Positions 52,201-63,332 of a DNA stretch of 64,000 nt are shown here, in pieces (positions within the stretch are counted from its first letter, which is position 1; every line of letters begins with the position of its first letter). The notes beneath the pieces are model-generated. The model did not search any database. It was not told the origin of the DNA and saw only the letters and a list, made by a program, of their open reading frames with translations. Both the position numbers and the translations under genes were made by a program. The stretch is from Macrostomum lignano (lineage: Eukaryota): contig NIVC01000020.1 in assembly GCA_002269645.1 (NCBI GenBank), positions 992,001-1,056,000 of the forward strand, read 5' to 3'.

Positions 52201-54516
52201 ATGGTAAAATAAAAGAGAAAGATAAAGATAGAAAGAAAGAAAAAGATAAAAGAGAAGGGAGATAAGGGAATATATATATATATATAAGAAGAGGGGAGAA
52301 AAGAAAGAAGAAAAAGAGAGAAGAAAGGAGAGGGAAAAATGAGTAGATAGGAAAAGGCAGAGATGAGATAAAAAAGGAAGGATAAGAGAGAAAAGAGGAA
52401 AGAAGAGAAAAAAGGCAACATGATAGATGAGATAAGAAAACAAAGGAGAGAGAAGAGAAGTTTTAAAGAACTAGATAGACAGAAAAAGTCAAAAGCCAGA
52501 GTTTGCCAACATTTGCTTTAGATAGACACATTTAGAGACTCATTCTATGTGGTATCCCAGCTGATAAGATCAATGCTTGCCTAAAATTTTTATTTTAGCA
52601 CAAATTCATTATTTTTTCAAACCTTATCCTAACTTTATTAATAAGTTTTTGTTTGAGTAAGACTTCAAATTTAAGAATGTATGCTAAAATACTTCCAGGG
52701 ATTGGAATTCCACAAGTTCAAAATCTGTATGTCTTACAGCTAATTTATTATAAATTAAAGTTTGAAAAGTGACAATAAATTAATAGTCAATTGTATTGTC
52801 TTGTAGAGCACTATTGCAGCCAAGGTCTAAACTATATCAGATACCCCCTTTCCCATGCTATACTGAGCCAGACCAAATTTATTGAAAAATGCTTGTGTTT
52901 GCATTCCTACTTTTATTGTGTACCAAAATGTGTAACTCTACCATAATATTACTTAAAGCTTACTATACTTGTATATATCTACCCTATTGTAATCTAATTT
53001 ATACATAACCTTATTAGGTTTAAAACTTATATATTGCCATGCAATAATAAAATTTGCAAGAAGCTTTATATATGTTTAACATTCTTTTCATTAGCATTAA
53101 CCTATATAAGGTCCTTGGGAACAAAATATTCAAAAATTCTCATTCATTTTTTATGTATTTGTAAGTGCTAGGCTCTAAACCTAGATTTCTAGATAATAAA
53201 ATGAAATATAAAATACTAAATAATATGAAAAAACAGGATTTGTATACTTCGCTACTAAAAGTTTTACTATTAGTTTTGCATTAATATTTAGAAATATTGA
53301 TCTAATAAGTTATAATTGACAATAAAAGATAGGCCATTATATGCCTATTATGAGTGCATATTTATGCTTAGGTATTGGGGGAAAAGATTTCTGATTGCTT
53401 GTTTTAACTTGTAGCAAGTTGGGTTTTGCCTTGTATGTATCAGTGCCCAAAGCCTCCTAACAAAATCAGCAAATTCTGTATTATTCCCATGTATAATATA
53501 GAAAGAGTAACCAAGAATCCAAGATGCATTTTTATGACATTCTATCTAGCACTTGCCAATGTTGCCTGCTAACTTTCCAAGTTATTGCAAGTGGTGCACA
53601 AAACTTGTTTGCAATATTCATAGCTAGCCAAATAGTGTGAATGCTTGTAGATAAATCTGCTTTAATAGCAGAGCATCCAAATCCATGGCCAAACTAGTTA
53701 AACTTAAAAAATTAAATGTTTCAAAATGCTGGTACCACTTTTGTAAAGTGCACCATTACTTTCAATTTGTCCAATCTTTTAAGCTACATAAATTCTATAA
53801 AGCCAAGCTTCTAATAGTGTTTCAGATTGTCCCAGCTAGTGGAACTCATTTCAGCAGCATTGCAGTGATTGGAAGCATTTATTAGACTTAAAAATAGTTT
53901 TGTTTGGAGAGATATGCTCTTCTAAATGAGACATCATTTGGTTATGTCTGTTTTATATGCAAAAATTGACAAGCCTTTATAATATGCCCAAATATGCACA
54001 ATCTAAGGGTTATAAAGCAAAAGCAAAAAGTAATATGTACCTCTATATACTAAAAATCTATCTTCTAAAAATTAATAAATCTTGAAAAAAATATACTTAA
54101 AGTTACAAAAGTGTATGATTGCTTTATAAAGTACATAGGGTTGAAATAACTTGCATTAATTCCCCAATCTCTTGTTAAAAGTGTAATCATTGGTGATGAA
54201 ATTTCTTACTTTGAGAGGCTAAGATTGTAAGAGACCCGAATAGATGATTAAGCATATAGTTTTTTCTTTCAAATTTAGATTGCCTTCCTACAAAAAACTG
54301 AAGCCTTCAACTTGAGATGCAGCAATAAATTTGGAAAGAAAGGGTGTAATTTTATAGTTAATTTTCTTTTGTTTTCATTGGCCAGGAAGTTAGTCTATGA
54401 AATTTATTTGTATTCCATTGCAAGCATCATTGTAATCCATTAGGTCTGGAGTGGGTTTAAAATAATGTGTTAGTAGTTTAGTAAAGTAGTTTTTCCTTCT
54501 TGCTTTATTTCAGCCC

Positions 54517-56334
54517 ATGGCAGCGGACAATTCGACAAAAATCCCAACTCTTCTGAGCCAGGTTCTTGAGTGCATTAAGTCATCTAAGGGCGATGCCTTA
54601 GTTACAGGCTTAAAAGAAGTTAATCAGTTTTTTAGCACCGTGAATGAGTATGCCTTTAGACAGATGGGGGCTCAGATGGCCCAAGCTAGTAGTGAAGACA
54701 CCTCAGCGACAGCTGCTGAGAAGCCTGAAACCACCGCCCCTGACGCTAAGAGTCAATCACAGCAACAGTCATCTAGTGATTCGTCCTCTAAGCAGCCAGT
54801 AGCAAAGCAGGCCGAGCAAAGTTCATCCACCGCCCAGGGGACCCCAGCTTCGAAAGACGCAGCTAATGGCGTAAGCAAGTCTGGGGACTCTAGCGTTGAA
54901 GAGCTTGGTCTCCCGAAGCCCAGAGATGGTCACGTGGCTGTTTGCAGTACCTCCATCATGATAAAGCAGATACCAAAGTTTTGGAGCGAAAAGAAGGTGA
55001 AGGAGAGAGCAGAAGAATTTGGCACAGTGACCCGCATCGACTATAAGGCGTTCTTAAACACAGCAGCAGTAACATTTAAGAGCCGATCTGAAGCATTCAA
55101 GGCTATTTCTGGCGTTCCAAAAACTCGACCATTGTCAGTTTCTTGGGAACTGAATTCTGGCATTGCCAACTCTTACTTCAAAAAGTACTGGGATGCGAAC
55201 GATGGCGCCACTTTCATTCCTATCAGCATGTTCCCCTGGATGAAGCAGAAGGACTTGCTGCTTGGCGGGGCGCTGCTATTAGGCAAAGGGCAGCAACCTG
55301 CAGCTAGCAACGCAGCTAATGCTGACGCATCTAGCTCAGCAACGGCTGGCAGCAAAGCGGCCCAGTCTGGCTCTGCAGCCGCACCCAGCTCGGCTAGCAA
55401 AGCTAGTCCAGCAAACAAGAATGCCCCTGTCTCTAAGAGTGCTTCAACCACTCCTACGCAAAGGAATGTTGCTGGTAGTCCAGCCGGTAGTTTCTCCGGT
55501 AACAAGGCTTCTGGCAATGTGCAAAATTCCAAACGGAGCACTAGCTCATCTTTTGGATCGGGATCGAATCAGAAATCAGTTGGTCCGTCAGCAAGAGGCT
55601 CTGCTAGGCATGGAAATCGGTCGCAAGGAGACATTCCGAGCTTGTTTGCTAGCGACTTCACTAAACCGACTCAGCCTCAGTCAAGCACGCCTGCTCAGTC
55701 AGCTGGTCCTCGCTTTGCAACTCCCAGCAATCCTCCGCAGCAGTCCATGCCTCAAGCTGGCCAGCAGCAAAAGCATGTTCGTCCATACGGTTCGACGCCA
55801 TCCATTGGTATTGCTGGATCTGCTCAGCAGCTAAGCAACCCTTTTGCGTCACCAGCCTCAAGAGCGCCTGCTCCAGGTTTTTCAAATATTGGCCAGCAGC
55901 ATTCAACTTTTCCGCGTCAGTCACGAAACGTACCTGACGTTCAACTACAGCAGCAGCAACAGCAGAACGCTGCTTTTGGGAAAAGGAATTCCTTAGATTC
56001 GAACAGCGCCCATGGTGGCGAAATAAAACGACCGCGCATGGATGAACCCATGCAACCTGTGGGCCGCGGCTACGTTCCCGGGCGCAATGCTTCGTTTGAA
56101 TCCGGCAGCGCTGATAGGTCCGACATGAGCAGAGGTCCGGAGTACTCACAGCAGACTGGCCGCTCTGCTCCCGGGCCGCAATTTGGCCAGCCCTACGCCA
56201 ATCCAGCGCCAGCCGGCCCAGGCATCAGACCCTTTGGAACTCCTAGGCCTGTAAGCAACCAGGGCCTGCTGCAGCCTCCGGCGAATTCCAGATTTGGACA
56301 GTCGGCACCTCCACCTCGTCCTTTTCGGTTTTAA
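54517..56334 (+). CDS. Intronless 605-aa protein with a SCAF4/SCAF8-type RRM and a long S/Q/P/G low-complexity tail; no CID in the ORF
   Basis: HVAVCSTSIMIKQI...EEFG...LSVSWELNSGIANSYFKKYWDANDGATFIP resembles the SCAF4/8 RRM with its flanking extensions (SVCSTTLWVG...IAWALNKG...FWDVDLGVTYIP as recalled). Strong acceptor TTTATTTTCAG ends 3 nt before the ATG. Confidence 0.85.
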   Translation: MAADNSTKIPTLLSQVLECIKSSKGDALVTGLKEVNQFFSTVNEYAFRQMGAQMAQASSEDTSATAAEKPETTAPDAKSQSQQQSSSDSSSKQPVAKQAEQSSSTAQGTPASKDAANGVSKSGDSSVEELGLPKPRDGHVAVCSTSIMIKQIPKFWSEKKVKERAEEFGTVTRIDYKAFLNTAAVTFKSRSEAFKAISGVPKTRPLSVSWELNSGIANSYFKKYWDANDGATFIPISMFPWMKQKDLLLGGALLLGKGQQPAASNAANADASSSATAGSKAAQSGSAAAPSSASKASPANKNAPVSKSASTTPTQRNVAGSPAGSFSGNKASGNVQNSKRSTSSSFGSGSNQKSVGPSARGSARHGNRSQGDIPSLFASDFTKPTQPQSSTPAQSAGPRFATPSNPPQQSMPQAGQQQKHVRPYGSTPSIGIAGSAQQLSNPFASPASRAPAPGFSNIGQQHSTFPRQSRNVPDVQLQQQQQQNAAFGKRNSLDSNSAHGGEIKRPRMDEPMQPVGRGYVPGRNASFESGSADRSDMSRGPEYSQQTGRSAPGPQFGQPYANPAPAGPGIRPFGTPRPVSNQGLLQPPANSRFGQSAPPPRPFRF

Positions 56335-58464
56335 GGGGGCAAGCGTACCGGTAGTTGTGACAGCTTTGTCTGCAAACTCGCATTATGAAATGCTATTTAT
56401 AATTTTCATGCAGCAAATATTCGCTTTTTAACTTATGCCCCCCCATAAGCTCTTGTTAATTAGATCCCATCAGTTAGGGTTAAACTCAGATTAAATTGTA
56501 AACACGGATTGGTGTATGTCCTACAACAAGGATTGTAGCTTTGGTTTGCTTTTTTAACTAACTATTAGATTCGGACGCAGTAGGCCATGAGAATCAAGTT
56601 ATTATAATCTTTATAAAATTTTGCAATTAGTTTAATAGCTTTTAGATCATCTTTGCTTAATCTCCCCCTTTGCATACCAGTGATTTGAATTGAAATACTG
56701 CCCATATATTACTCTAATTTCTATTGTTTGTTTCCTAAGCCTTCTGTCATCGCGGTCGTACAAATACTGTGTGCAAATTTAGTAACCCTTATTATTAGTT
56801 CAACGTCCCTGTTGCTTTTCTTTACTTATTGTTCAGTCGAATCCTTAATTTGTGAAATTAAATTGCAGAAATGCTGCATGTTCGAACTGACTCACCTGTT
56901 TTTTGTTGGCTTTATGCTTATATCATACTGTTTCTACTCGTATATATAGTGTACTAATAATTATCGCCCTGGCCCATTAGTCCTGCCTAAATGTTCTGTT
57001 TTAAACTATTTGTCTTGAAAAGTTCAATAACTAATTTGTACTCGAAATACAAGCGACCCCAATGTTGTTAATAACGATTCTGGGCTGCGATTTGAGCGAA
57101 CTCTGCGTTATTGATTGTCCTTTATCCATAAAGTTTAAGGTGCATAGTTGGCGGGTAAAACGATAATGCTGAGGATTCTCAAAGTTTATCCTTAGTTTTA
57201 TTTTTATTTGTCCTTAAAGTCCAATTTCATTCCTTACCACAGCGCAGCGCACATCATGCTGACGCATTTGGGCTTACTTACTGGGCTTCGACTGCTTAGT
57301 CGTTTGACTTTTTTAATGGTTTTGGGTCAAGGTCTGAGAATTTTATAGGCTCAGAGCTCGGGTTCTGCTGCTTTAGTAAAAAGGCTTGTCTAGAGCCAAT
57401 GCTTAAAGTTATTTTCTATTTGTATCACGGGTCCCTGTTTTGCTATTTAGATGACTTCGTATTAACACAAAGTGGCTGGCATCCTGATACTTGCATTATC
57501 CCTTATACTTTTGTAATCGCGGTGCCACTGAGGAGTGCAAAGCGGGCACCCCTGCCGCAGAGCAGTTATGTCTGGTGCCGTGCAGGGGCGCGCCTTAAAC
57601 TGGGTAAGGCAGGGAACTTGTACAGGGGGTCGCAGACCTAGAGAGAGCAAGAGTTTCAGAGGCTATTGGGTCTCTTCGTGATGACAAAAGACTTGAAAGT
57701 ATTCTTAAAGTCACCGTTTCCGTCCTAAATTGGCGTGCGTCCTTAACGAAGCACCCGAAGTGCTGAGGGAAATCAAAATATTGGGAACTTTTTTGCATTG
57801 ATAGTTATTGGAGGACTGTCCAACTGTCTCACAGTAGAAGACTGCTTCGGCAATACTTGTCTGCTGTAATTTTTGTCCATTAGTATCAGCCAGAGCGTAG
57901 CCACATGGGTCACTAGCGATGTGTAGCAAACGATCATCTCAGCCCTAATGTCATACAAATTTAGAATGTAGGCAACCCTATGTACAGTTTTGACTACCGC
58001 TCACTGTCGGCAAGTCTGGACCAACAGGCTTGATTCTGTCGCTATGCGCACAACGAATTTCAATCATGGCGAGCTGTCGGGTAAGAAAGTTTGATCAATG
58101 CTTTGCTGTGCTAGTTCACAGGAATGTCAGTTGACTTTGCTGTTACACGCTGTCAAAAATAAGCCTGGTAAATACTCTTGGTATCAATTGATTTAATTAA
58201 GGATATAATCTTGAGTTCTCGTGTGGATGATTGCATCTGCTATTCCCCAGTTGTCAGGTGTCGCAAAATTCCTCACCACCCCGGTGCTTTTAAACTTATT
58301 TTTGCCTTCTCAGTTAGTAGTTTTGACTTGGCTTAGTTAGCTTTGAACAAGCCTCTTGTTAAAGCCGTCCATCTGCAGCAGATGATTTTTTTATGTGATC
58401 CGTCGCTGCATGTGTCACTTTACACGGGATTAAAGTTGTCAATGTGTAAATTAGTGGATTTCTT

Positions 58465-59150
58465 ACTCGGCAGTCCGTCATTTAGGAAAGCTGTCACTCT
58501 AATCAGCCCCTAAAGTTGTCACTCGGCAATCCGTCATTTAGGAAAGCTGTCACTCTAATCAACCCCTAAAGTTGTCACTCGGCAATCCGTCATTTAGGAA
58601 AGCTGTCACTCTAATCAGTCCCTAAAGTTTTCACTCGGCAATACGTCACTTGGGAAAGCTGTCACTCTAATCAGCCCCTAAAGTTGTCACTCGGCAATCC
58701 GTCATTTAGGAAAGCTGTCACTCTAATCAACCCCTAAAGTTGTCACTCGGCAATCCGTCATTTAGGAAAGCTGTCACTCTAATCAGTCCCTAAAGTTTTC
58801 ACTCGGCAATACGTCACTTGGGAAAGCTGTCACTCTAATCAGCCCCTAAAGTTGTCAATCGGCAATCCGTCATTTAGGAAAGCTGTCACTCTAATCAACC
58901 CCTAAAGTTTTCACTCGGCAATACGTTACTTGGGAAAGCTGTCACTCTAATCAGCCCCTAAAGTTGTCACTCGGCAATCCGTCATTTAGGAAAGGTGTCA
59001 CTCTAATCAGCCCCTAAAGTTGTCACTCGGCAGTCCGTCATTTAGGAAAGCTGTCACTCTAATCAGTCCCTAAAGTTGTCACTCGGCAATCCGTCACTTA
59101 GGAAAGCTGTCACTCTAATCAGTCCCTAAAGTTGTCACCCAGCAAGGAAG
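58465..59150. repeat. Minisatellite, 56-bp unit, about 12 copies, upstream of the cassette-array gene
   Basis: Unit GTCACTCGGCAATCCGTCATTTAGGAAAGCTGTCACTCTAATCAGCCCCTAAAGTT. Confidence 0.96.
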
Positions 59151-59647
59151 TTGTCAGCTACTAGTATGAAAGCTGTCACTCCGCAATCTGCTTCTTAAGT
59201 AGGTTGCCTTTCTGCCATCCGTCACTCACGGAAGTAACGCTAGCATGAAGAACTGCTAGCATGATGGCCATCTTATATAATCCATTGTGTTTAAGCTTTG
59301 GATCGACTCCCAAATTACATTGGCACTTATAAAGCGGAATCGAGAAGGGCGCTTCCCTCCCCTGCTTAGGGTTAAATGCACAATGCGGCCAAGTATCAAA
59401 TAGTTTCATATCTGGATATCTCAGTACCACTACCCAATTCTATGCTGTTGGTTAGACTACTATATAAATAGCTAAAGTTGTCTCATGCTTAGCTAGTATT
59501 CAGCACCTTGTGTTTAGAGACTAGCCATCTAGTGAAGGCTTGAGCATGCACAGAGTTCAGTCACCAAGGCAGCCCCTTCCAAACCCACCGCCACGTTTGC
59601 AGTGCAGCCTCGCGGCCTCCGCCATCCAACCAGCCTAAATCTCCGTC

Positions 59648-59884
59648 ATGTCAATCGCTATGGGATTTCCGCCTACCCCGGCCGGCGGCCAGGGCGGCGG
59701 CAGCTTCTCTCCGCTGACCATGTTTGAGTGCACCATCAGCAGCGCCACCATGCTCATTGACAGCATGGCAGTGCGAGACCTGCTCATGGCGTTCAAGATT
59801 GTGGCCCAGCTGCACGGCCACCTGCTGGAGGTGCTGGACCCCACTGTGCAGCGGCTGGCTACTGTGGCTGATGAGCACAGCCAG
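59648..59884 (+). CDS. Cassette-array gene, constant exon 1 (79 codons, unknown helical domain)
   Basis: ATG-initiated GC-biased ORF ending at CAG|GTAAGC, a phase-0 donor that joins the 60275 exon in frame. Confidence 0.8.
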
Positions 59885-59974
59885 GTAAGCTCAATCCAGT
59901 GCAGTATAGATCACCTGTAAACTGCGCCTTGACCACCGCCTCGGGATTGGCCCAAGATATACTGACCGTGATCC

Positions 59975-60220
59975 ACCCCTATGGAATCACCCCTGCACCA
60001 CCCTTATGGAATCGCCCCTGCACTATCCCTATGGAATCGCCCCTGCACCACCCCTATGGAATCGCCTCTGCCCCTGCACCACCCCTATGGAATCGCCTCT
60101 GCCCCTGCACCACCCCTTTGGAATCGCCTCTGCCCCTGCACCACCCCTTTGGAATCGCCTCTGCCCCTGCACCACCCCTATGGAATCGCCTCTGCCCCTG
60201 CACCACCCCTTTGGAATCGC
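59975..60220. repeat. Intronic minisatellite, 25/31-bp unit
   Basis: Unit GGAATCGCCTCTGCCCCTGCACCACCCCTAT. Confidence 0.93.
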
Positions 60221-60274
60221 CCAGGCCCAAACAGCAGGAAACCAGCCCATGGCTTCCCTCGCCATCCCTCGCAG

Positions 60275-60782
60275 TGCCCGCCGCCCGCCTCGCGATCAAC
60301 AAGCGGCTCTGGCGGCCTGGCCGGTGTGGCCGCCGCTGCTGCCGCTGCCGCTGCCGCCGGAGCTCCGGGCACGTCGAAGCTGGGCAAGCCGGAGCCGTCC
60401 TTCTCCGGTGTCAAGTCGGAGCCGGGCGCCGATTCCGACGACGACTGCGTCCTGATGGAGGCGGATCTGGTGTACGACGGCTCCGGTGCTGGCGCCGCTG
60501 CCTTCGGCCAGAGCCCGCCCGCCAAGCTGCCCCGTCTCGGCCCAGGCGGCGGTGGCGGCGGCGGCGGCGGCTCCGACCTGTCCGACTCCGGCGAGCTGTC
60601 CAACGACTGGAAGGCCACGCTGCGCAAGGCCTACCGAGTGCTGAAGGACGAGACTGGCACCAACGTGTTCGACTTCTCCCTGCCCTACTCCGCCCGCGTC
60701 AACGTCCTGGCCGCCAACCGCGTGATCGACCGAGCGCTCAGCCTCAGCCAATACCAGCCCGCGAACCTGTCCGCCTGGAGAA
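60275..60782 (+). CDS. Cassette-array gene, constant exon 2 (low-complexity linker, VKSE, acidic SIM-like motif, NLS-like motif, start of a helical domain)
   Basis: Acceptor CATCCCTCGCAG (phase 0), strong C/G third-position bias, and a GTGGGT donor in phase 1 that matches all seven downstream cassette acceptors. Confidence 0.82.
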
Positions 60783-61388
60783 GTGGGTCTTTCAAGTCAT
60801 TTCCTGTCATATTCTGTGTAGGCTACTGCTAGTAGTACGCTTATATCTGGGAGCGGCGGGTTGGCACACTGTTGGCGGTATATTGCCACCATAAAGAGAT
60901 TATCTAAATTTGGAATTAAAATCAAACTATTTGAATAATGCATACTGCAAATATTAAATGCCTTTATTATTGCACTTGTGCCCAATGATCCATTGATCAC
61001 TACATTGGCCTGAAGTGTGCCTCCCCAGCGGTCTCATTGCATATTAGCATGTGATTGTCTGTGCATTATCGAATTTAATTTCACTATAAAACAGACTACA
61101 AAAAAGGGCGTTGCAGGGCCTGATGAGTTGTGCAAATATTTAAAGTTATTGGTCCGAAATAAAAAAATGCTGCGATATTGGCTGAGCCGTGCAGCTGCCG
61201 CGCTGTGGAGCTTTAAAATATAACTATAGTAATAATAATAATCGGCCCCGTTGCAAATCGGGGGGTATCGGGGGCCGCCCCCGCTGCACCAATGCTCTCC
61301 TTGTATGACAACCTAATCAACTAATTATCATAATTTATTAATGCCTATTCAGCGTTGCCGCTTCCCAAAAACCCTCCGCTAAGCAACG

Positions 61389-61535
61389 GGGGGATTCTCG
61401 CTCAGCTGGCAGGGGAATTCTCGCTTTGCTGGCAGGGGAATTCTCGCTCAGCTGGCAGGGGAATTCTCGCTTTGCTGGCAGGGGAATTCTCGCTCAGCTG
61501 GCAGGGGAATTCTCGCTCAGCTGGCAGGGGAATTC
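61389..61535. repeat. 23-bp tandem repeat, 6 copies, just upstream of cassette X1
   Basis: CTGGCAGGGGA at 61406, 61429, 61452, 61475, 61498 and 61521. Confidence 0.93.
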
Positions 61536-61582
61536 GCACTCATCACCAGAGACTCGCAGCTGGCCATCCGGCGCTGTTTCAG

Positions 61583-61689
61583 GCGGCTGCAACCGGTACA
61601 TGTCCGTGTACTTCGGCTGCACGCTGAAGCCCGGCGTCAAGAAGCTGCACATGGCCTCGCGCTGGAAGAGGCAATTCCTTTTCAGCTTG
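61583..61689 (+). CDS. Cassette exon X1 (107 nt): GCNRYMSVYFGCTLKPGVKKLHMASRWKRQFLFSL
   Basis: TGTTTCAG acceptor (phase 1) and GTAAGA donor (phase 0). An in-frame alternative acceptor would start the exon at 61550. Confidence 0.85.
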
Positions 61690-61810
61690 GTAAGACCTGC
61701 GGCCTGCCGACCTCGTCTCCTGTCCCCTGGCAACGCCCTTTGCACCTCAGTCTAGGGTAGAAATTGTGTAGCAACCCTGCAACACTTCGGGGGGTCGGGC
61801 TGCTTTGCAG

Positions 61811-61929
61811 GGCTCTGCTACAGCTACCTGAGCACCTATTTCTCTTGGACGCTGAAGCCATCGGCCAAGAAGCTCCTTGAGCAGGCGCAGCTGCAGCAGC
61901 GGATGGATCGCTTCAAATACCTGGGCTCA
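61811..61929 (+). CDS. Cassette exon X2 (119 nt): LCYSYLSTYFSWTLKPSAKKLLEQAQLQQRMDRFKYLGS
   Basis: CTTTGCAG acceptor (phase 1), GTAAGG donor (phase 0), Y5/YF/L14-K15 register. Confidence 0.85.
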
Positions 61930-62041
61930 GTAAGGCTTAGCTTTTGGTGACCAGCACTTGCTCCCAGGCCTGGAATGCCCGCAGCGAATCCCCAGCAATT
62001 TCTGTGTCCGCTCCGCAATTCAATTGTTTTTGCACTTCCAG

Positions 62042-62148
62042 TTGTAGCCGAAAAATACTTTAAAGTGTACTTTAGCGCTGTGCTCAAACGAGATTATAAA
62101 GTGCAGCACCAGCAGCGCATCTGCGACAAAGTGTTCCACCGCGTCCTG
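62042..62148 (+). CDS. Cassette exon X3 (107 nt): VAEKYFKVYFSAVLKRDYKVQHQQRICDKVFHRVL
   Basis: TTTTGCACTTCCAG acceptor (phase 1), GTAGGT donor (phase 0), same register. Confidence 0.85.
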
Positions 62149-62255
62149 GTAGGTGTGCGCAGCTGATCAGCGCCCAGCACCTGCCCGCTACATTAGCCCG
62201 ATTGGCGAGTGTTTGAAGATGCACAATTCCATGCATATAATGTGTATTGTTGCAG

Positions 62256-62350
62256 AGCGGGCGCTGAGTTACTACTCGGGCTATTTCCGCTGCGTATTGC
62301 GGCGCGATTATAGGCAGGATTATCTAAAGAATAGCTTCCATCGAATCTGG
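62256..62350 (+). CDS. Cassette exon X4 (95 nt): RALSYYSGYFRCVLRRDYRQDYLKNSFHRIW
   Basis: TTGTTGCAG acceptor (phase 1), GTACGT donor (phase 0), same register; most similar to X3. Confidence 0.83.
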
Positions 62351-62479
62351 GTACGTGTCTGCGCCCCGTGTAGCCAAACCCTACCGTGTCTGGCTCACAA
62401 GATGCATACTCAGCAGCAGCTAACCACCCCCCCCACTCACGCTGCCACAAGGGCCAAAAGTTTTGCATTCCATCGGTGA

Positions 62480-62610
62480 TTGAGAAATGGGCGAAGGCTG
62501 CGCTTCAGGGACAGGAACGTCAAAGTCTCCAGACACGAACCCCATCGAGCATGTCTGGCACTTCGTAAAGCGAAGAGTTCAGCAGCTGGTGTCTGGCAGA
62601 ATGTGATAAT
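62480..62610 (+). mobile_element. Tc1/mariner transposase fragment between cassettes X4 and X5
   Basis: Translation SPDTNPIEHVWHFVKRRV (from about 62526) matches the Tc1/IS630 SPDLNPIE.lW..lK motif; the preceding FRDRNVKV is in a shifted frame. Confidence 0.7.
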
Positions 62611-62896
62611 AGTACATTTGATTCTAGACAGGGCAATAGGGGCTCGGAAAATTCGGCGGGTTTTGTGGATAGGAGGCGATGATGAGAGTGGGGTAAGCAG
62701 CACGGGTCTGGAATGATAGGGTTTGAGGGGCGATCGATATCAACAATGTGCATAGCATATTGAGTGAAGCGGGGCATTGGCAGACCAGGCTGTGTCCCTC
62801 CATTCTGCCGCCGGCTCTCTGCAACGTCCCAGCCAATTTTTGTTGCTCCATTGTTTGTTAGGGGGCTGACTGACCCTGAACTGCCTGTTGTTGCAG

Positions 62897-63003
62897 GAGG
62901 CTGCTCCGCCTACCTTAGCTCCTACTATCGCAGGTACCTAAAGTTTAAATATGTCAGCTCAGAGCGCAGCCAGCAGTGTCGGCACACGGTGCTCAGTCTT
63001 ATA
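62897..63003 (+). CDS. Cassette exon X5 (107 nt): GCSAYLSSYYRRYLKFKYVSSERSQQCRHTVLSLI
   Basis: CTGTTGTTGCAG acceptor (phase 1), GTAAGT donor (phase 0), same register. Confidence 0.85.
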
Positions 63004-63109
63004 GTAAGTTGCGCCTCCCCTGCCAGTTGGGGCTCGGGCGCCTGCAATGCTTCCCCTTGCACTTGGTTGAGAAAATCACTGCTAAGAAACTCCTTCCCCG
63101 CCCCTGCAG

Positions 63110-63216
63110 CCCAGTCGCTAAAGTACTTTGGCGGGCATTATCGCAAGAATCTGCAGTGCGCATTTAAGGTCAACAAGCGGCAGTCGGACACTCGAAGCAT
63201 TGTTCGGATTAGCCTG
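63110..63216 (+). CDS. Cassette exon X6 (107 nt): QSLKYFGGHYRKNLQCAFKVNKRQSDTRSIVRISL
   Basis: CCCGCCCCTGCAG acceptor (phase 1), GTCAGT donor (phase 0), same register. Confidence 0.8.
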
Positions 63217-63332
63217 GTCAGTTAGTGCGTTTCCTGATTTGTTTGTTAGAGCTGATCGGCCCAGCAACTCTCGGAAAGGGCAGCTCTCACTGCGCTTGTC
63301 TAGGCTAATTCTGTGTTAGCAATTCTTTATAG

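Larger units (their letters stand above)
47742..52744 (+). mobile_element. Older copy C of the same Helitron-like family, split by two insertions (about 47886-49685 and about 50790-52200)
   Basis: The 5' piece 47742-47885 stops at GGCTACCTT and the consensus resumes at AAAATTTCCTAAATTT (about 49685). The 3' end GTTCAAAATCTG...ACAGCTAA|T is at 52744. Strongly CpG-depleted relative to A and B. Confidence 0.65.

Noticed and set aside
57560-57960. Short minus-strand ORFs of 61-72 aa
   Set aside because: No recognisable motif and no consistent exon chain.
61117-61223. Possible extra cassette upstream of X1 (PDELCKYLKLLVRNKK...)
   Set aside because: It has a phase-1 acceptor, but the Tyr is at codon 7, the aromatic pair and L14 are missing, and it ends in a stop with no good donor. 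A decayed or terminal variant cannot be fully excluded.
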